Assembly (NCBI GenBank): GCA_034530615.2
Contig: JAVRCV020000037.1
Location: forward strand, 29,942-93,941
Length of the DNA stretch: 64,000 nt
Reading direction: 5' to 3'
Source of the DNA: Aulosira sp. ZfuVER01
GTDB taxonomy: Bacteria > Cyanobacteriota > Cyanobacteriia > Cyanobacteriales > Nostocaceae
Shown: in pieces, positions 29,644 to 45,254 of the stretch
How positions within the stretch are numbered: the first letter of the stretch is position 1
Layout: every line of letters begins with the position of its first letter
Made by a program: the position numbers and the translations under genes
The notes under the pieces: generated by a model
Database searches by the model: none
Told to the model about the DNA's origin: nothing
What the model saw: only the letters and a program-made list of their open reading frames with translations

Positions 29644-30591
29644 CTAAGTTAATGCTTCAGCACCACCCACAACTTCTAGGAGTTCTTGGGTAATTGCAGC
29701 TTGTCGAGCTTTGTTGTAAGACAAGGATAGGGTTCTAATCAATTCACCGGCATTGTCGCTGGCGTTGTTCATCGCAGTCATCCGTGCTGCTAGTTCACTA
29801 GCTGCTGATTCTTGCAGTGCCCGTAATAGCTGGTTACTCAAATATAGGGGCAGTAGAGAATCAAGTATCTGCACTGGATCTTGCTCGAAAATCATATCGC
29901 GGGGCAAAGGACGGACTTGGTTAGTCACTTTTTGCCGTTCTACTTCAAATTGACCACCACGTGTTGTCAAGCGGAAGATTTCGTCATCTGCTGCTTCTAA
30001 CCCTTGCGGATCGAGAGGAAGCAGGGTTTGCACAACTGGACGAGAGCTAACTAAGGATACAAATCGAGTGTAGACTAACTCAATTCTGTCTACACTTTCC
30101 GACAGGAACAAAGAAAGCAGTTCGTCAGCAATTTTGTTGGCTTCGGCTGCGGTGGGAATTTGCTCTAAGCCGCTGTAGGTAGCATCAATCGGTTGGTTAC
30201 GGCGTTGAAAATACTGGATAGACTTGCGTCCCACCAAGACAAATTTGTAATCAACACCTTCGGCTTGAAGTTCCTTGGCACGATTTTCGGCGCGACGAAT
30301 GACGTTAGTATTGTAACCGCCACACAAACCGCGATCGCCTGCAACTACCAACAGCCCTACCGACTTGACTTCCCGCTTTTTCAGCAGAGGTAAGTTGGCT
30401 TCTTCAAACCGCAGACGGGTTTGTAGACCGTATAAAACTTGCGCTAAACGGTCAGCAAATGGACGAGTTGCCAATACTTGTTCTTGCGCCCGACGTACTC
30501 TCGCCGCCGCTACCAGCCGCATAGCTTCTGTGATTTTTTTTGTGTTTTTGACCGACTGAATGCGATCGCGTATTGCTTTAAGATTGGCCAT
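29644..30591 (-). CDS. atpG: ATP synthase F1 gamma subunit (atpC in cyanobacterial naming)
   Basis: [39 protein letters not shown]. Confidence 0.97.
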   Translation of the reverse strand: MANLKAIRDRIQSVKNTKKITEAMRLVAAARVRRAQEQVLATRPFADRLAQVLYGLQTRLRFEEANLPLLKKREVKSVGLLVVAGDRGLCGGYNTNVIRRAENRAKELQAEGVDYKFVLVGRKSIQYFQRRNQPIDATYSGLEQIPTAAEANKIADELLSLFLSESVDRIELVYTRFVSLVSSRPVVQTLLPLDPQGLEAADDEIFRLTTRGGQFEVERQKVTNQVRPLPRDMIFEQDPVQILDSLLPLYLSNQLLRALQESAASELAARMTAMNNASDNAGELIRTLSLSYNKARQAAITQELLEVVGGAEALT

Positions 30592-30654
30592 ATTTTTTTC
30601 CTGAGTCGTTAGTCATTTGTCTTTTATCCTTATGTCATTAGTCACTAGTTCTTT

Positions 30655-30688
30655 ACCAATGACCAATGACCAATGACCAATGACTAAT
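30655..30688. repeat. STRR heptamer tandem repeat (ACCAATG)x4 plus a variant
   Basis: Read directly between atpA and the gamma gene. Confidence 0.85.
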
Positions 30689-32208
30689 TACGCTGTTGCC
30701 TTGAAGGTTTTCTTGAATTCGGTTAGTGCTTCTTTCAAAGCAGCTTCTTCTGAGTCGCCTAGTGCTTTTGAGCCTTGTACTGCTTGGGCGTACTGAGGTT
30801 TGCCAGTCTTCAAGTATTCACGTAGACCTTGGGTAAAGGTAGTTACTTTATCCACAGGGATATCATCTAAGTAACCGTTAATACCAGCATAAAGAATTGC
30901 TACTTGCTCATATACGGACAGAGGAGCATTCTGTGGCTGTTTGAGTAGTTCCCGTAAGCGTTGACCGCGTGCCAACTGGTCTTGGGTGGCTTTATCTAAG
31001 TCAGAAGCAAATTGCGCGAAGGCTTGCAAGTCGTCAAATTGCGCTAGTTCCAATTTAATCTTACCGGCAACTTTTTTCATTGCCTTGGTTTGAGCCGCAG
31101 AACCCACACGGGATACGGAGATACCAGGGTTCACCGCAGGACGGATACCAGCGTTAAACAAGTCAGAAGATAAGAATATCTGACCGTCGGTAATCGAAAT
31201 TACGTTGGTGGGGATGTATGCTGATACGTCACCTGCTTGAGTTTCGATGATTGGCAGGGCGGTCATGCTACCTTTACCCAATTCGTCACTCAGCTTCGCT
31301 GCTCTTTCTAATAAGCGAGAGTGAATGTAGAATACATCTCCTGGGTAAGCTTCCCGTCCGGGTGGACGACGTAGCAGCAAGGACATTTGACGATAAGCTT
31401 GGGCTTGCTTGGAGAGGTCATCGTAAACTACCAGAGTAGCTTTGCCTTTGTACATGAAGTACTCAGCAATGGTTGCTCCGGTGTAGGGAGCCAAGTATTG
31501 CAGGGTGGCAGGGTCACTGGCATTAGCGGCAACGACTACGGTGTAGTCCATTGCGCCTTTGTCTTGCAGTGTTTGGACAACGTTAGCTACGGTAGAAGCT
31601 TTTTGACCAACAGCAACGTAGACACAAATTACATCTTCTGATTTTTGGTTGATGATTGTGTCAATTGCGATCGCAGTTTTACCAGTTTGGCGGTCTCCGA
31701 TGATCAATTCCCGCTGACCACGACCGATAGGAATCATCGAGTCGATAGCTGTGATTCCTGTTTGCATCGGTTCGTGTACAGACCGACGGGCAATGATACC
31801 GGGGGCTGGAGACTCAATCAAACGGCTTTCTGTGGACTTGATATCTCCCTTACCATCGATAGGACGACCTAATGCATCGACAACTCGTCCAACCAAAGCT
31901 TCCCCTACTGGTACCTGAGCAATTCTACCAGTGGCGGTTACGGAGCTACCTTCTTGAATTTCCCGTCCTTCACCCATTAGTACCGCGCCCACGTTGTCTT
32001 CTTCCAAGTTCTGGGCGATACCAATTGTGCCGTCTTCAAATTCTAATAGTTCCCCAGCCATAGCCTTTTCCAGACCATAAATCCGGGCAATACCGTCACC
32101 GACTTGCAGGACAGTACCGACGTTAGCAACTTTGACATCTTGGTCGTATTGCTCGATTTGCTGTTGAATAATGCTACTAATTTCGTCAGGTCTGATTGAA
32201 ATGCTCAT
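30688..32208 (-). CDS. atpA: ATP synthase F1 alpha subunit
   Basis: [23 protein letters not shown]. Confidence 0.98.
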   Translation of the reverse strand: MSISIRPDEISSIIQQQIEQYDQDVKVANVGTVLQVGDGIARIYGLEKAMAGELLEFEDGTIGIAQNLEEDNVGAVLMGEGREIQEGSSVTATGRIAQVPVGEALVGRVVDALGRPIDGKGDIKSTESRLIESPAPGIIARRSVHEPMQTGITAIDSMIPIGRGQRELIIGDRQTGKTAIAIDTIINQKSEDVICVYVAVGQKASTVANVVQTLQDKGAMDYTVVVAANASDPATLQYLAPYTGATIAEYFMYKGKATLVVYDDLSKQAQAYRQMSLLLRRPPGREAYPGDVFYIHSRLLERAAKLSDELGKGSMTALPIIETQAGDVSAYIPTNVISITDGQIFLSSDLFNAGIRPAVNPGISVSRVGSAAQTKAMKKVAGKIKLELAQFDDLQAFAQFASDLDKATQDQLARGQRLRELLKQPQNAPLSVYEQVAILYAGINGYLDDIPVDKVTTFTQGLREYLKTGKPQYAQAVQGSKALGDSEEAALKEALTEFKKTFKATA

Positions 32209-32251
32209 GTGTCTATGTTTTTTCTTGGGAGACTGAACAGAGTTATCTTTA

Positions 32252-32806
32252 CTAGGAACTGGTTAAGCGTAAAGAAAGGCGGCGCAATTGACCCCGTAAA
32301 CTAGCGTCAATTACCTGCGATCCAACTTTAATGATCAAACCACCAATTAAGTCGCTGTCGATTTTGGTTTCTAGTTCTACTTGGCGAGCATTAGTGATGG
32401 CAAGTACCTTATCTATTACAGCCTGTTGTTGAGCTTCTGTGAGGGGAACGGCTGAAATGACTTCCGCTAACACGGTTTGATTCAGCTGCCGCAACAACGC
32501 CAAATACTGCTGTAAAATTGCTTCCAAGAAGAAAATCCGCCGTTTATCTACCAGCAACAGTAAGAAATTGCGCAAGTAAGGATTAGCGCCATCACCCAAT
32601 ATTTGGCTGATTACTGCCTTTTTCCGCTCAGGCTGAATAAACGGGTTGTCAATTAAGTTTTGCAGTGGTGCTGAATCTTTCAACAAATTCACCAACACAC
32701 GTGCATCTTCGCCAAACTGTTCTGTCTGATTTTTGGATTGGGCTATTGACATCAAAGCTTGTGCGTAAGGCTGGGCGATTTCGGCTGTTTCTACATTACT
32801 TTTCAT
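32252..32806 (-). CDS. atpH: ATP synthase F1 delta subunit (cyanobacterial atpD)
   Basis: [26 protein letters not shown]; operon position. Confidence 0.95.
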   Translation of the reverse strand: MKSNVETAEIAQPYAQALMSIAQSKNQTEQFGEDARVLVNLLKDSAPLQNLIDNPFIQPERKKAVISQILGDGANPYLRNFLLLLVDKRRIFFLEAILQQYLALLRQLNQTVLAEVISAVPLTEAQQQAVIDKVLAITNARQVELETKIDSDLIGGLIIKVGSQVIDASLRGQLRRLSLRLTSS

Positions 32807-33375
32807 CAGCGTCCTCCCACCTGCGCGATGCTGCGGTCAATGATTGTTTGTTGAACATCGTCAGCAATACCAGTCCGCAGTTCTGACTCGACTTTTTGCA
32901 ATGCCAGCGTGGCTACTCGCTGCCGCAGTTCGGCCATCGCTCGCTCTCTTTCCGTGTTCAAATCTGCTGCTGCTGTTTGTTGCAAGCGTTCCACGTCTTG
33001 CGCTGCTTTTGCCAACAGAGCTTCTCTAGCTGCCTGGGCGTTTTCTTCAGCAGCTTTGCGGATGCGTTGTGCCTCTGCTTGAGCTTGGGTCAACTGCTCT
33101 TGCGCCTGAGATAGAGCAACTTGTGCCTCTTTTTGGCGCTGTTCTGCTTCCTGAACAGCGGTGGCAATCTTTGACCGTCGCTCGCTCAGGATATTGCTTA
33201 AAACTTTACGTCCGAAGTAGAATAGTATGCCAACCAGAATCGCTAGGTTAATGAGATTGGTTTCAAAAAGGTCTAGGTTTAGACCGAAACCTCCTTCTGC
33301 TGCGCCTTCTGCCAATTCAGAGTGAACAGCGTTCGCTTCTGCGGCAAGTAATAAGAATGTGCCCATGTTACCCAT
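32806..33375 (-). CDS. atpF: ATP synthase F0 subunit b
   Basis: [15 protein letters not shown], single TM followed by coiled-coil. Confidence 0.93.
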   Translation of the reverse strand: MGNMGTFLLLAAEANAVHSELAEGAAEGGFGLNLDLFETNLINLAILVGILFYFGRKVLSNILSERRSKIATAVQEAEQRQKEAQVALSQAQEQLTQAQAEAQRIRKAAEENAQAAREALLAKAAQDVERLQQTAAADLNTERERAMAELRQRVATLALQKVESELRTGIADDVQQTIIDRSIAQVGGR

Positions 33376-33565
33376 CTACAAGTGCGCTGCTCGCTTGTTA
33401 ATACGTTGTATTTTCCCGCAGGGAAATTAAAGTCTTTAATTTTTGAAAATCAATTAAAGTGTTTTAACTTCCCGATGGAAAAAAGTGCCTTTTGTGACAC
33501 TTAATTATGCGCTTAAGGACAAGTGTCCATCGGCGCGTATGCTTTCACTGAACCTGTACTGTCGC

Positions 33566-33997
33566 TTATCGAGCTAAAGTCGGTCCTAATAGTTTTTCTA
33601 GAATCTGTCTGCTTAGAGCATCAACGCGTTGTTCTAAGGAACGCATAGCTTCTTGCTTTTGTTGCTCTATTTCAATAGCAGCACGTTCTCGCTCTTGCTG
33701 AGCTTCCTGTTGCGCCTCAGCGATTTTCTGGGCAGTAATTTTCTTAGCTTCCAACTGAGCTGCTTCTATAGTAGCTTGCGACTGCCTGCGAGCTGCTGCG
33801 AGCTGCTGCTCATATTCCTGGGTTAAGCGCTCGGCTTTTACCAAGCGTTCCTTGGCATCAAGGGTATTCGTTCGGATGTAATTATCGCGATCGTCCAGCA
33901 CCTTGGTCAGTGGCTTATAGAAAATTGCATTCAGCAACGCTGCCAACAACAGGAACTGCAATGCCATAAAGGGCAAAGTAGCATCGAAATCAAACAT
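33566..33997 (-). CDS. atpF2: ATP synthase F0 subunit b' (cyanobacterial atpG)
   Basis: [18 protein letters not shown]...FYKPL. Confidence 0.93.
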   Translation of the reverse strand: MFDFDATLPFMALQFLLLAALLNAIFYKPLTKVLDDRDNYIRTNTLDAKERLVKAERLTQEYEQQLAAARRQSQATIEAAQLEAKKITAQKIAEAQQEAQQERERAAIEIEQQKQEAMRSLEQRVDALSRQILEKLLGPTLAR

Positions 33998-34177
33998 TTC
34001 TCTCCTCTTTGGCTGGAGTAGCAGTTTTCATGGCTAGCAATAACATCCAACCTTTCATATTTTAGAGACCCATAGCCAACAAGGGTCAACTTACATCAGA
34101 ACGACTAAATACCCAAAAGAATTGGATTTGTAAAGACGTGAGGATTCACGTCTCTACACCAAAAAAACTTTTAGGTC

Positions 34178-34468
<291 letters not shown>

Positions 34469-34575
34469 CTAGTAAAGACGTGTTTTTCACGCTGCACCAA
34501 GTTCTCACCAATCGCGCTTGGCGACGTTTTGAGCGTATTAAGGCTCGTCGGAACTGTGCTATCTACTGAGGAGCT

Positions 34576-35337
34576 TTAATGCTCCTCATGCTCTTCTCCA
34601 CCATGTCCCTCCATCGCCTCATGAATATAAGCCCCAGCTAGGGTCGCAAATACCAGAGCTTGAATGGCACTGGTAAACAAACCCAAAGCCATGACAGGCA
34701 GAGGTATAAATAGAGGAACAAGTAGAACCAGCACCGCCACTACCAATTCATCCGCTAATATATTCCCGAAAAGACGGAAGCTTAGGGAGAGGGGCTTGGT
34801 GAAATCTTCTAGAATGGCGATCGGCAATAAGACAGGCGTTGGCTCAATATACTTTTTAAAGTAGCCCAAACCCCGCTTGCTAAAACCCGCGTAAAAGTAC
34901 GCTAAAGAGGTTAGCAATGCCAATGCTACGGTCGTATTGATGTCGTTGGTGGGAGCTGCTAATTCACCAGATGGCAACTTGATTAGCTTCCAAGGAATAA
35001 GAGCGCCCGACCAGTTCGATACGAAGATAAACAAGAACAATGTGCCAATAAATGGCACCCAAGGGCGGTACTCTTTCTCACCAAGTTGGTTTTTTGCTAG
35101 ATCCCGAATAAATTCTAGGGCATATTCCATCAAATTTTGGATGCCGCTGGGAATTCTTTGTATGTTGCGAGTAGCAGCTAGTGAAGCTATTACTAGAACG
35201 CCAATCACAAACCATGAGGTGAGAAAAACCTGCCCATGAATTTTCAGATTGCCCAATTGCCAGTAGAAATGATGACCTACTTCTAATTCGGCGAGGGGAA
35301 ATGAATTAAAGGCGTTTAAGACACTAAGCATTTGCAT
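34576..35337 (-). CDS. atpB: ATP synthase F0 subunit a (cyanobacterial atpI)
   Basis: [33 protein letters not shown]. Confidence 0.97.
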   Translation of the reverse strand: MQMLSVLNAFNSFPLAELEVGHHFYWQLGNLKIHGQVFLTSWFVIGVLVIASLAATRNIQRIPSGIQNLMEYALEFIRDLAKNQLGEKEYRPWVPFIGTLFLFIFVSNWSGALIPWKLIKLPSGELAAPTNDINTTVALALLTSLAYFYAGFSKRGLGYFKKYIEPTPVLLPIAILEDFTKPLSLSFRLFGNILADELVVAVLVLLVPLFIPLPVMALGLFTSAIQALVFATLAGAYIHEAMEGHGGEEHEEH

Positions 35338-35397
35338 TCTTCAAGCATTTTCCCCAACGAGCGAGGAAGGGAGTATTGTCTTTGTGAGCCTGACTGT

Positions 35398-35838
35398 TTA
35401 AGAATCAGGAAGAAACGCAGTTTGCACGGTGTAGACGAGGAGCGTGGCTTTGTAAGTTAGAAATCCCAAGAAAATGGGCATAACCTGTAGCTCATGCCAT
35501 TGAGTTGCCAATATAATCAACCCAATAAACAAAGCAAAACGACCTTTACTCAGACGCTTTTTCTCACCACCGAGTCGCTCAACGTCTTTGGCCAGCATTT
35601 TTAAGTAAACCACACCTGCACACGCTCCAATCAAATAATTCAGAGCAATGTTTAGTGAATAAAAAATCCACACAGAGATAAAAATAATCCCTGTTAAGAC
35701 AAGTGTGATTACCAACAACTTCTGGTAGAGTTTATAGAACTCCTCCATAGAGTTTACTCGTTCTTTGTCCTCAGAACCAGACTGAGCATTCTGTCTTGTT
35801 GTTGGAGTTGATGCAGTTGATTCGTCTGACAAGCTCAC
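35398..35838 (-). CDS. atpI: ATP synthase protein I (atp1)
   Basis: Small 4-TM protein at the head of the operon (SMEEFYKL...FLGFLTYKA). Start is uncertain (35838 or 35877). Confidence 0.85.
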   Translation of the reverse strand: MSLSDESTASTPTTRQNAQSGSEDKERVNSMEEFYKLYQKLLVITLVLTGIIFISVWIFYSLNIALNYLIGACAGVVYLKMLAKDVERLGGEKKRLSKGRFALFIGLIILATQWHELQVMPIFLGFLTYKATLLVYTVQTAFLPDS

Positions 35839-36503
35839 GGGACTCAAAACCAGTACAGCTAAGGATGATGACTGCACATTCAGTCAGCTGAATCATATCA
35901 CGATATGGTAACAATACTTTAGAAAAAAACAATTAACTTCTTGTCAGCAAACATAGACAAGCTAATTGGACGCGATGAAGAGAGCGGGGGAAGTATCGGC
36001 AGAAATGCAGAGGTATCTTTACAGTTCTCCCCAATCCTAATATTATCAACTGCGTGATTTCACCAAGATAAATTTCATGAAATCCCAGTAGTCAGGGTGT
36101 AATGTCTGGATGCTACAGAAATTGATGAGATGTCTGAGCTGCTCTCAAGTTCAAACTTCTCTAAGATTTTGTAAGCGATCGCCCTCTGCCATGATGAAAA
36201 ACTTCATTTACAAGCTAGCCTGCCACAGGCAATTGACTACAGCCAGGGCATGAAAATCAATGCCCTATTGTCAAATTCTCCAAACAATTAGTTGCATTTA
36301 CCCAATGCAACTAATAAAATTTACTTTTATTTTAGTAATATCACTTAGTAGTATACGTAAGTAGAAAAGTAGTTTGGACTAAAACTTTAGGTGTTGACAG
36401 TTCTTTGGAAATTTAGAATGAACGTATATTTTTTGAGTAAAAAAATCCGGTTCGTGTCAAACGTCCGGAGCTTAGTTTAAATACAGCGCTTGGTCGGTTT
36501 GAA

Positions 36504-37685
36504 TTAAATCGGTGTCAACAAAATCAGCTGCTGCTTGAGGAGCGTTCTCACTACATCCAACTCCACCTGCACATCTGCTAATATCTTTGCTACTGCTAAC
36601 CTGCCATCACACCTTTGCAGAAAGTCAAACTCTTGTGCTGACAAGTTGACAACTTGGTAATCGTAGTTAAATATACATTGACTTGGCCATCCATCCATAC
36701 AAGGATTCCGTTCGGGAATTGCCGCTAATAGGGCGTTATCATCTGACCAGTCGGTTTTGGTAATGGGAGGGCGACCAAGGAAAAATTCGTAATGGGTAAC
36801 TTCTGGGTCTAATAATTCTATCAAGCGATAACGTTGGCGATCGCTCAACTCTTTTGCCCGTTCAATTAACTCTGGTGCTTTAGCCAAAAGTCTGTCCAGT
36901 TGCCAAAAACCAGGATTTGAGAAGCCAATGAATTCTAAGCCAGAAGCATCAATTAATTCAAATAAAGTTTCAATGTTGTAGTCAATCTCTTGGGGATGAA
37001 CGTACATATCAGCAAAGTTTTCATCCCGATGATTTTCCAATGACCAGCGCTCTTTTTCGCGCTTGACAATACGGTTGTTTTCCGGTAGGGATGCAAATAT
37101 CTGCCGCCCTACTTGCACACCATCGCGGTAGTCACCACGTTTGTCACCTTGCAGGAGAGCGATCGCTTTTTGCATGAGTCGAATTTCCCAGCGTCCCAAC
37201 TCCCCATAGACAAAAATGTGCATCAAGCCTCCTGGGGCTAACTTTTTCGCCAAGGCTTGAATACCACGAATCGGGTCAGGAGTATGGTGTAAAACGCCAA
37301 CGCAATTAATTAAATCAAACTCACCAGGTAGCTGTTCCACATCGTACAAGCTCAGGTGATGAAACTCAACGCGGTTTGCTCCAGAACGTTTACAACGTTC
37401 CTTGGCTACTTCCAAAGTACCCGCACTCAGATCAATCCCTACCACTTGTGCTTGGGGGTTGAGATGTACCAAATATTCAGTACCTACCCCAGAGCCACAT
37501 CCTGCATCTAAAATGCGAATATTCTGCTTCTGCGGTTTCTGTCCGGTGCAAAAATTGTAGGCTGCTAGCCAATTCCAACGCCAATTATACCCAGGCGGTG
37601 GTTCATCCAGCATAGGTTCTGGGGGAAATGGATAGGTATCGTAGAGTTTGGCAACAGCAGCGCTAACGGTTTGGGAGTCTGACAT
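36504..37685 (-). CDS. Class I SAM-dependent methyltransferase
   Basis: ILDAGCGSG, GIDLS, FDLINCVGVLHH, LAPGG. I prefer ATG 37685 over the ORF start at 37787. Confidence 0.88.
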   Translation of the reverse strand: MSDSQTVSAAVAKLYDTYPFPPEPMLDEPPPGYNWRWNWLAAYNFCTGQKPQKQNIRILDAGCGSGVGTEYLVHLNPQAQVVGIDLSAGTLEVAKERCKRSGANRVEFHHLSLYDVEQLPGEFDLINCVGVLHHTPDPIRGIQALAKKLAPGGLMHIFVYGELGRWEIRLMQKAIALLQGDKRGDYRDGVQVGRQIFASLPENNRIVKREKERWSLENHRDENFADMYVHPQEIDYNIETLFELIDASGLEFIGFSNPGFWQLDRLLAKAPELIERAKELSDRQRYRLIELLDPEVTHYEFFLGRPPITKTDWSDDNALLAAIPERNPCMDGWPSQCIFNYDYQVVNLSAQEFDFLQRCDGRLAVAKILADVQVELDVVRTLLKQQLILLTPI

Positions 37686-37796
37686 CTTTGGAGCAATATT
37701 GCAGCAATTCTGAGTGTATCGAATGCTGGGTATTTTAAGGTAGATTTGCTGCGCTCTTTTGCTACTACAAGTCAGTTCACAAATCAAAGAAGAGTC

Positions 37797-38327
37797 CTAG
37801 AGATCGCATTGATGGGTTTGGCAATATCTAGCGTTCTTGATTTCTGCTTGTAAATTCTTCAGGGTAACGATGCGCAAGTTAGTTCCATCTTGCACCTCAG
37901 CAGCAATATAGCCATAGATTTCCCCACTGTAAAACTGGTCTCGATCTATTTTTGTCACATAGCGAGACTTCTTAAAGTCCTTGGCAATCTGGGAATTGTA
38001 AATATCTTGAACTAGTTTTAATGCTTTGGCATTTTTTTTAGTGAATTTGAGGCTAGAGTCACCACTGACAGTGATTCCCTCTTTAGTTACTGTACCATTT
38101 TGAGAAGTTACATCAGCATAAAAATACAATTTCCCTTTTGTGCCTTCATAACCATGTGCTTCGCTGTTATACTTTATGGCTGGTAATGTTTCTCTAGTCT
38201 TTGCCCAATTGACGACGGTAGTTATATTTTGTCCTGGTAAGGCATTGGCGGGAGTAAGGGACAAAGTCACAGTTAAGGTGGATAAAGCAATATAAAGAGC
38301 CGAGTAAAAATTATTACTCTTAGACAT
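37797..38327 (-). CDS. Hypothetical secreted protein
   Basis: Signal peptide ending PANA/LPGQ; no family recognised. Confidence 0.7.
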   Translation of the reverse strand: MSKSNNFYSALYIALSTLTVTLSLTPANALPGQNITTVVNWAKTRETLPAIKYNSEAHGYEGTKGKLYFYADVTSQNGTVTKEGITVSGDSSLKFTKKNAKALKLVQDIYNSQIAKDFKKSRYVTKIDRDQFYSGEIYGYIAAEVQDGTNLRIVTLKNLQAEIKNARYCQTHQCDL

Positions 38328-38679
38328 AGAATTTTTTCTAGCTTGGTGTATTTATAGCCACAGCATAACTTATAAAACCTCAGTAACAAGTTTTCTGAGC
38401 TTTAAGGTCAATCATGTTGAAAAGCCAAAATATCTTTTGTGGGTTTTGATCGCAAAAAGATACAAAACTTAGTCTTAATCTCAGAGAAGCAAGAGCATTG
38501 ACTCTGCAAGTTATCGTATTTGATGCGTCAGATTCTACATACTTCTTAATAAATCAACAGGGAAGCCGCAAAACGTTCTAATCTAAAAGCTGACTGGGTT
38601 AATTTACTGGCAGTTTTGAAGGCGGTACTCTTAAGGCATGACCACCGATGTGTCAAGCCTCAAAGCGACCCAGACTTAA

Positions 38680-41946
<3,267 letters not shown>

Positions 41947-42368
41947 GTGCAGGTAACTAACGCTCTGGTTAGTCAATAGTCAACAGTCATAGGTCAAGAG
42001 TTTAAAGTTTTGGACTCTTGACCTAACTTAGTGCTGAGTACTGAGTACTCTTGACTCCATCGGCTTAACTTTTCGTAATATTGCCTTCAGATTGCAAAAA
42101 TTGACGTAAATCTGAAAAAGAATATTACAAAGTGTTAAGAGCAGTCATAAATGCTCAACAGAATGCCGGAGAATGTTTTGCGGAAGGTAACTGAGTTTTA
42201 AATACTTGTGTAGTTGTAACTCAAGTAATGCGTAATCTACTAGCTATGACATTTTGTCAAGTGCTACGTACAAGAAAAACGAAAAAACACAGTTACCGTT
42301 ATCCAAATTTTAAAGTCGCACCAGTTTAATCAAATTCTGGTTTCATTCGTAGTTGGAGGAATCCATTA

Positions 42369-42854
42369 ATGAGTATCGTCACGAAGTCCATCGTGAATGC
42401 TGATGCAGAAGCTCGCTATCTCAGCCCTGGTGAGTTAGATCGGATCAAGAGCTTTGTTGGTGGTGGTGAGCGCCGTCTGCGGATTGCTCAAATTTTGACC
42501 GAAAACCGCGAGCGTCTGGTTAAGCAAGCTGGCGAACAAGTGTTCCAAAAGCGTCCTGATGTTGTATCTCCTGGTGGCAATGCTTACGGTCAAGAATTGA
42601 CTGCTACTTGCTTGCGCGACTTGGATTACTACCTGCGCCTAGTTACCTACGGAATCGTATCTGGCGACGTTACCCCCATCGAAGAAATCGGTGTGATCGG
42701 TGCGCGTGAAATGTACAAGTCCTTGGGTACTCCTATTGAAGGTATTACTGAAGGTATCCGTGGTTTGAAGAGCGGCGCTTCTGCATTGCTGTCTGCTGAA
42801 GATGCAGCTGAAGCTGGTTCTTACTTCGACTACGTAGTTGGTGCCCTCTCCTAG
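42369..42854 (+). CDS. apcA: Allophycocyanin alpha subunit
   Basis: [35 protein letters not shown]. Confidence 0.97.
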   Translation: MSIVTKSIVNADAEARYLSPGELDRIKSFVGGGERRLRIAQILTENRERLVKQAGEQVFQKRPDVVSPGGNAYGQELTATCLRDLDYYLRLVTYGIVSGDVTPIEEIGVIGAREMYKSLGTPIEGITEGIRGLKSGASALLSAEDAAEAGSYFDYVVGALS

Positions 42855-42920
42855 GTTGAAGCGATTTCGCTGCTAAAACCGAAGTATTGCAATACGGTTG
42901 GAAAAAAGGAATTAACAATA

Positions 42921-43409
42921 ATGGCTCAAGACGCAATTACCGCTGTCATTAACTCCGCAGACGTTCAAGGTAAGTATCTCGACTCTGCTGCTTTAGAAAA
43001 GCTCAAAGGCTACTTTGCAACTGGCGATCTGCGCGTGCGTGCTGCTAGCACAATCAGTGCTAATGCTGCTGCGATCGTTAAAGAAGCTGTAGCAAAATCT
43101 TTGTTGTACTCTGACGTTACCCGTCCCGGTGGTAACATGTACACCACCCGTCGCTATGCTGCTTGTATCCGCGACTTGGACTACTACTTGCGCTATGCTA
43201 CCTACGCTATGTTAGCTGGCGATCCTTCCATCCTGGATGAGCGCGTACTCAATGGCTTGAAAGAAACCTACAACTCCTTGGGTGTTCCCGTAAGCTCTAC
43301 CGTACAAGCTATCCAAGCTATTAAAGAAGTAACCGCTAGCTTGGTAGGTTCTGATGCTGGTAAAGAAATGGGCGTTTACCTAGACTATATCTCCTCTGGC
43401 TTAAGCTAA
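42921..43409 (+). CDS. apcB: Allophycocyanin beta subunit
   Basis: [37 protein letters not shown]. Confidence 0.97.
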   Translation: MAQDAITAVINSADVQGKYLDSAALEKLKGYFATGDLRVRAASTISANAAAIVKEAVAKSLLYSDVTRPGGNMYTTRRYAACIRDLDYYLRYATYAMLAGDPSILDERVLNGLKETYNSLGVPVSSTVQAIQAIKEVTASLVGSDAGKEMGVYLDYISSGLS

Positions 43410-43448
43410 GAGCTAGTTGGCACTTAATAATTTAGGTGCGGCTTAATT

Positions 43449-43559
43449 AAGGTCTGGAAATCAATTGTGAGTGCTAGAGCGTTCTATCGCTTACCTTGTT
43501 AAGATAATCAATTATGATGAGTGTTAGCGGTCTAGTATTGACGCTTGATTTCCAGCCTT
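43449..43559 (+). promoter_or_regulatory. Long stem-loop between apcB and apcC
   Basis: AAGGTCTGGAAATCAA pairs with TTGATTTCCAGCCTT; inner GTGCTAGA pairs with TCTAGTAT. Confidence 0.6.
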
Positions 43560-43647
43560 TGCAGTGATTAATTAAAGAATTGCCTTAAAAACACTTCCCT
43601 TTTTTTGAAATAAAAAAGTTTTCACAATTACTACAGGAGAATCTAAA

Positions 43648-43854
43648 ATGGCCCGGTTGTTTAAAGTTACTGCTTGTGTACCCAGTCAAACCCGGATTCG
43701 CACCCAACGCGAACTGCAAAATACCTACTTCACCAAGCTAGTTCCCTTCGAGAACTGGTTCCGCGAACAACAACGCATTATGAAAATGGGCGGCAAAATC
43801 GTTAAGGTCGAACTGGCAACTGGTAAGCAAGGTACTAATACTGGGTTGCAGTAA
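43648..43854 (+). CDS. apcC: Phycobilisome 7.8 kDa core linker
   Basis: RLFKVTACVPSQTRIRTQRELQNTYFTKLVP. Confidence 0.97.
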   Translation: MARLFKVTACVPSQTRIRTQRELQNTYFTKLVPFENWFREQQRIMKMGGKIVKVELATGKQGTNTGLQ

Positions 43855-43887
43855 TTACTATATAGCGAAAATTATTGTAGGGAGTTC

Positions 43888-43914
43888 AAAGAGGTCAAGT
43901 TAGGCCTCTTTTTT
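43888..43914 (+). terminator. Rho-independent terminator of the apc operon
   Basis: AAAGAGGTC-aagtta-GGCCTCTTTTTT. Confidence 0.7.
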
Positions 43915-43982
43915 GTTATTGGTCAATTTCTTTTTTATCGTAAATCCGAGGGTTGAAGACCCCTACGTCTATATGTAGCAAA

Positions 43983-44047
43983 TTTTCAGTCGGGGTTTAA
44001 ATCCCTGATTGAAAATGTCTTTAATTTTGAATTTTGAATTTTGAATT
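43983..44047. repeat. REP-like hairpin followed by (AATTTTG)x3 STRR
   Basis: TTTTCAGTCGGGGTTTAAATCCCTGATTGAAAA, then heptamer tandem copies. Confidence 0.65.
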
Positions 44048-44075
44048 GTTAACTCCCTTGTCCCAGTCCTCAGTT

Positions 44076-45254
44076 ATGACACGTCTTCTTTTCATTACAG
44101 AACGATTTGCGCCAGATTTGGGTGGTTTGGCTAGGAGTGCAACGCGATTGGTTGGGACACTCGCAACATTAGGTATGAAAATTGATGTTGTCACATGGAG
44201 TCGTTATTTACAGCCAGGTGAAGTTTTACCACCGGAAAGTGGAGAGGCAAATATTCGCATTTATCGGATAGGGTTATATCGTCATTGGGATATGACAATG
44301 CCCCATACTTTGAATGTTCTCGACTGGTTACACTCTTCTCATGCTTATGATGCTGTTTGGGGTCATTATTTATTTCCGAGTGGTTTTCTGGCTACCTGGT
44401 TTGCTGCACTTGTTGGATTAGCAAGCACAGTTAGCGCCCGTGGTAATGATATTGACCGCGAAATGTTTCCACCAGGAGATTTTGCCCGTTTACAATGGAC
44501 GCTACAACATGCCAAGGTGATTACGGCGGTAAGTGCTGATATGTCTCGCAAAATTCAGCTACTTAGCGGACGAGATGATGTGTTGGTGCTGAAAAATGTA
44601 GTTGATACAGAAATCTTTTCACCACAAAATTTCAACTCCCAAACTAGCAGAGAAGAAATTACTAGGGAGTCTTTAGGAATTGCTTCAGATGAGGTGGTAT
44701 TAGGATTTTGTGGGGAACTGCGGGAGAAAAAAGGGCAGCAGTTTCTATTAAATGCTTTAACGAAAGTTCGTCAAGTACGTCCTGCTTGTCTGTTAATTAT
44801 TGGTGAAGTACGGACTTCTCAAGAATCTGTGCTGCAATTATACAAAACTCATCAGCCAGAAAATGCCCAAAGAATAATTATTACTGGACATTTACCAAAC
44901 CCGGAAGCTGTGGCTGAATACCTGCGGTTGTGTGATGTTTATCTCCAGCCTTCACTGTGGGAAGGTATGCCGAATGCTTTATTAGAAGCAATGGCTTGTG
45001 GTTGTTGCTGTATCGCCAGTGATGCGGGTGGTATTCCAGACGTAATTTCACATGGTCAAAATGGCTTTTTGCTACCTCGTTCTCATCTACACAAGCTGGG
45101 TGAGGGGGTGTTGGAATGTTTGGCGATGACAACAGAAGAAAAAAATCAAATTAGCCAAGCTGCACGCGATCGCATTTTAACTGAATATTCCCTAGCTCAG
45201 GAAAAATTACAACTTCAAACTTTAATCGCCCGTTTAATACCCAATTCTGTATAA
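44076..45254 (+). CDS. Glycosyltransferase family 4
   Basis: ITERFAPDLGGL, GELREKKG, WEGMPNALLEAMACG. ATG at 44076; the upstream TTG lies in the STRR. Confidence 0.88.
   Translation: MTRLLFITERFAPDLGGLARSATRLVGTLATLGMKIDVVTWSRYLQPGEVLPPESGEANIRIYRIGLYRHWDMTMPHTLNVLDWLHSSHAYDAVWGHYLFPSGFLATWFAALVGLASTVSARGNDIDREMFPPGDFARLQWTLQHAKVITAVSADMSRKIQLLSGRDDVLVLKNVVDTEIFSPQNFNSQTSREEITRESLGIASDEVVLGFCGELREKKGQQFLLNALTKVRQVRPACLLIIGEVRTSQESVLQLYKTHQPENAQRIIITGHLPNPEAVAEYLRLCDVYLQPSLWEGMPNALLEAMACGCCCIASDAGGIPDVISHGQNGFLLPRSHLHKLGEGVLECLAMTTEEKNQISQAARDRILTEYSLAQEKLQLQTLIARLIPNSV

Noticed and set aside
30605..30688. CRISPR-like repeats
   Set aside because: These are spacer-less heptamer STRRs. I saw no repeat-spacer array or cas gene in the window.
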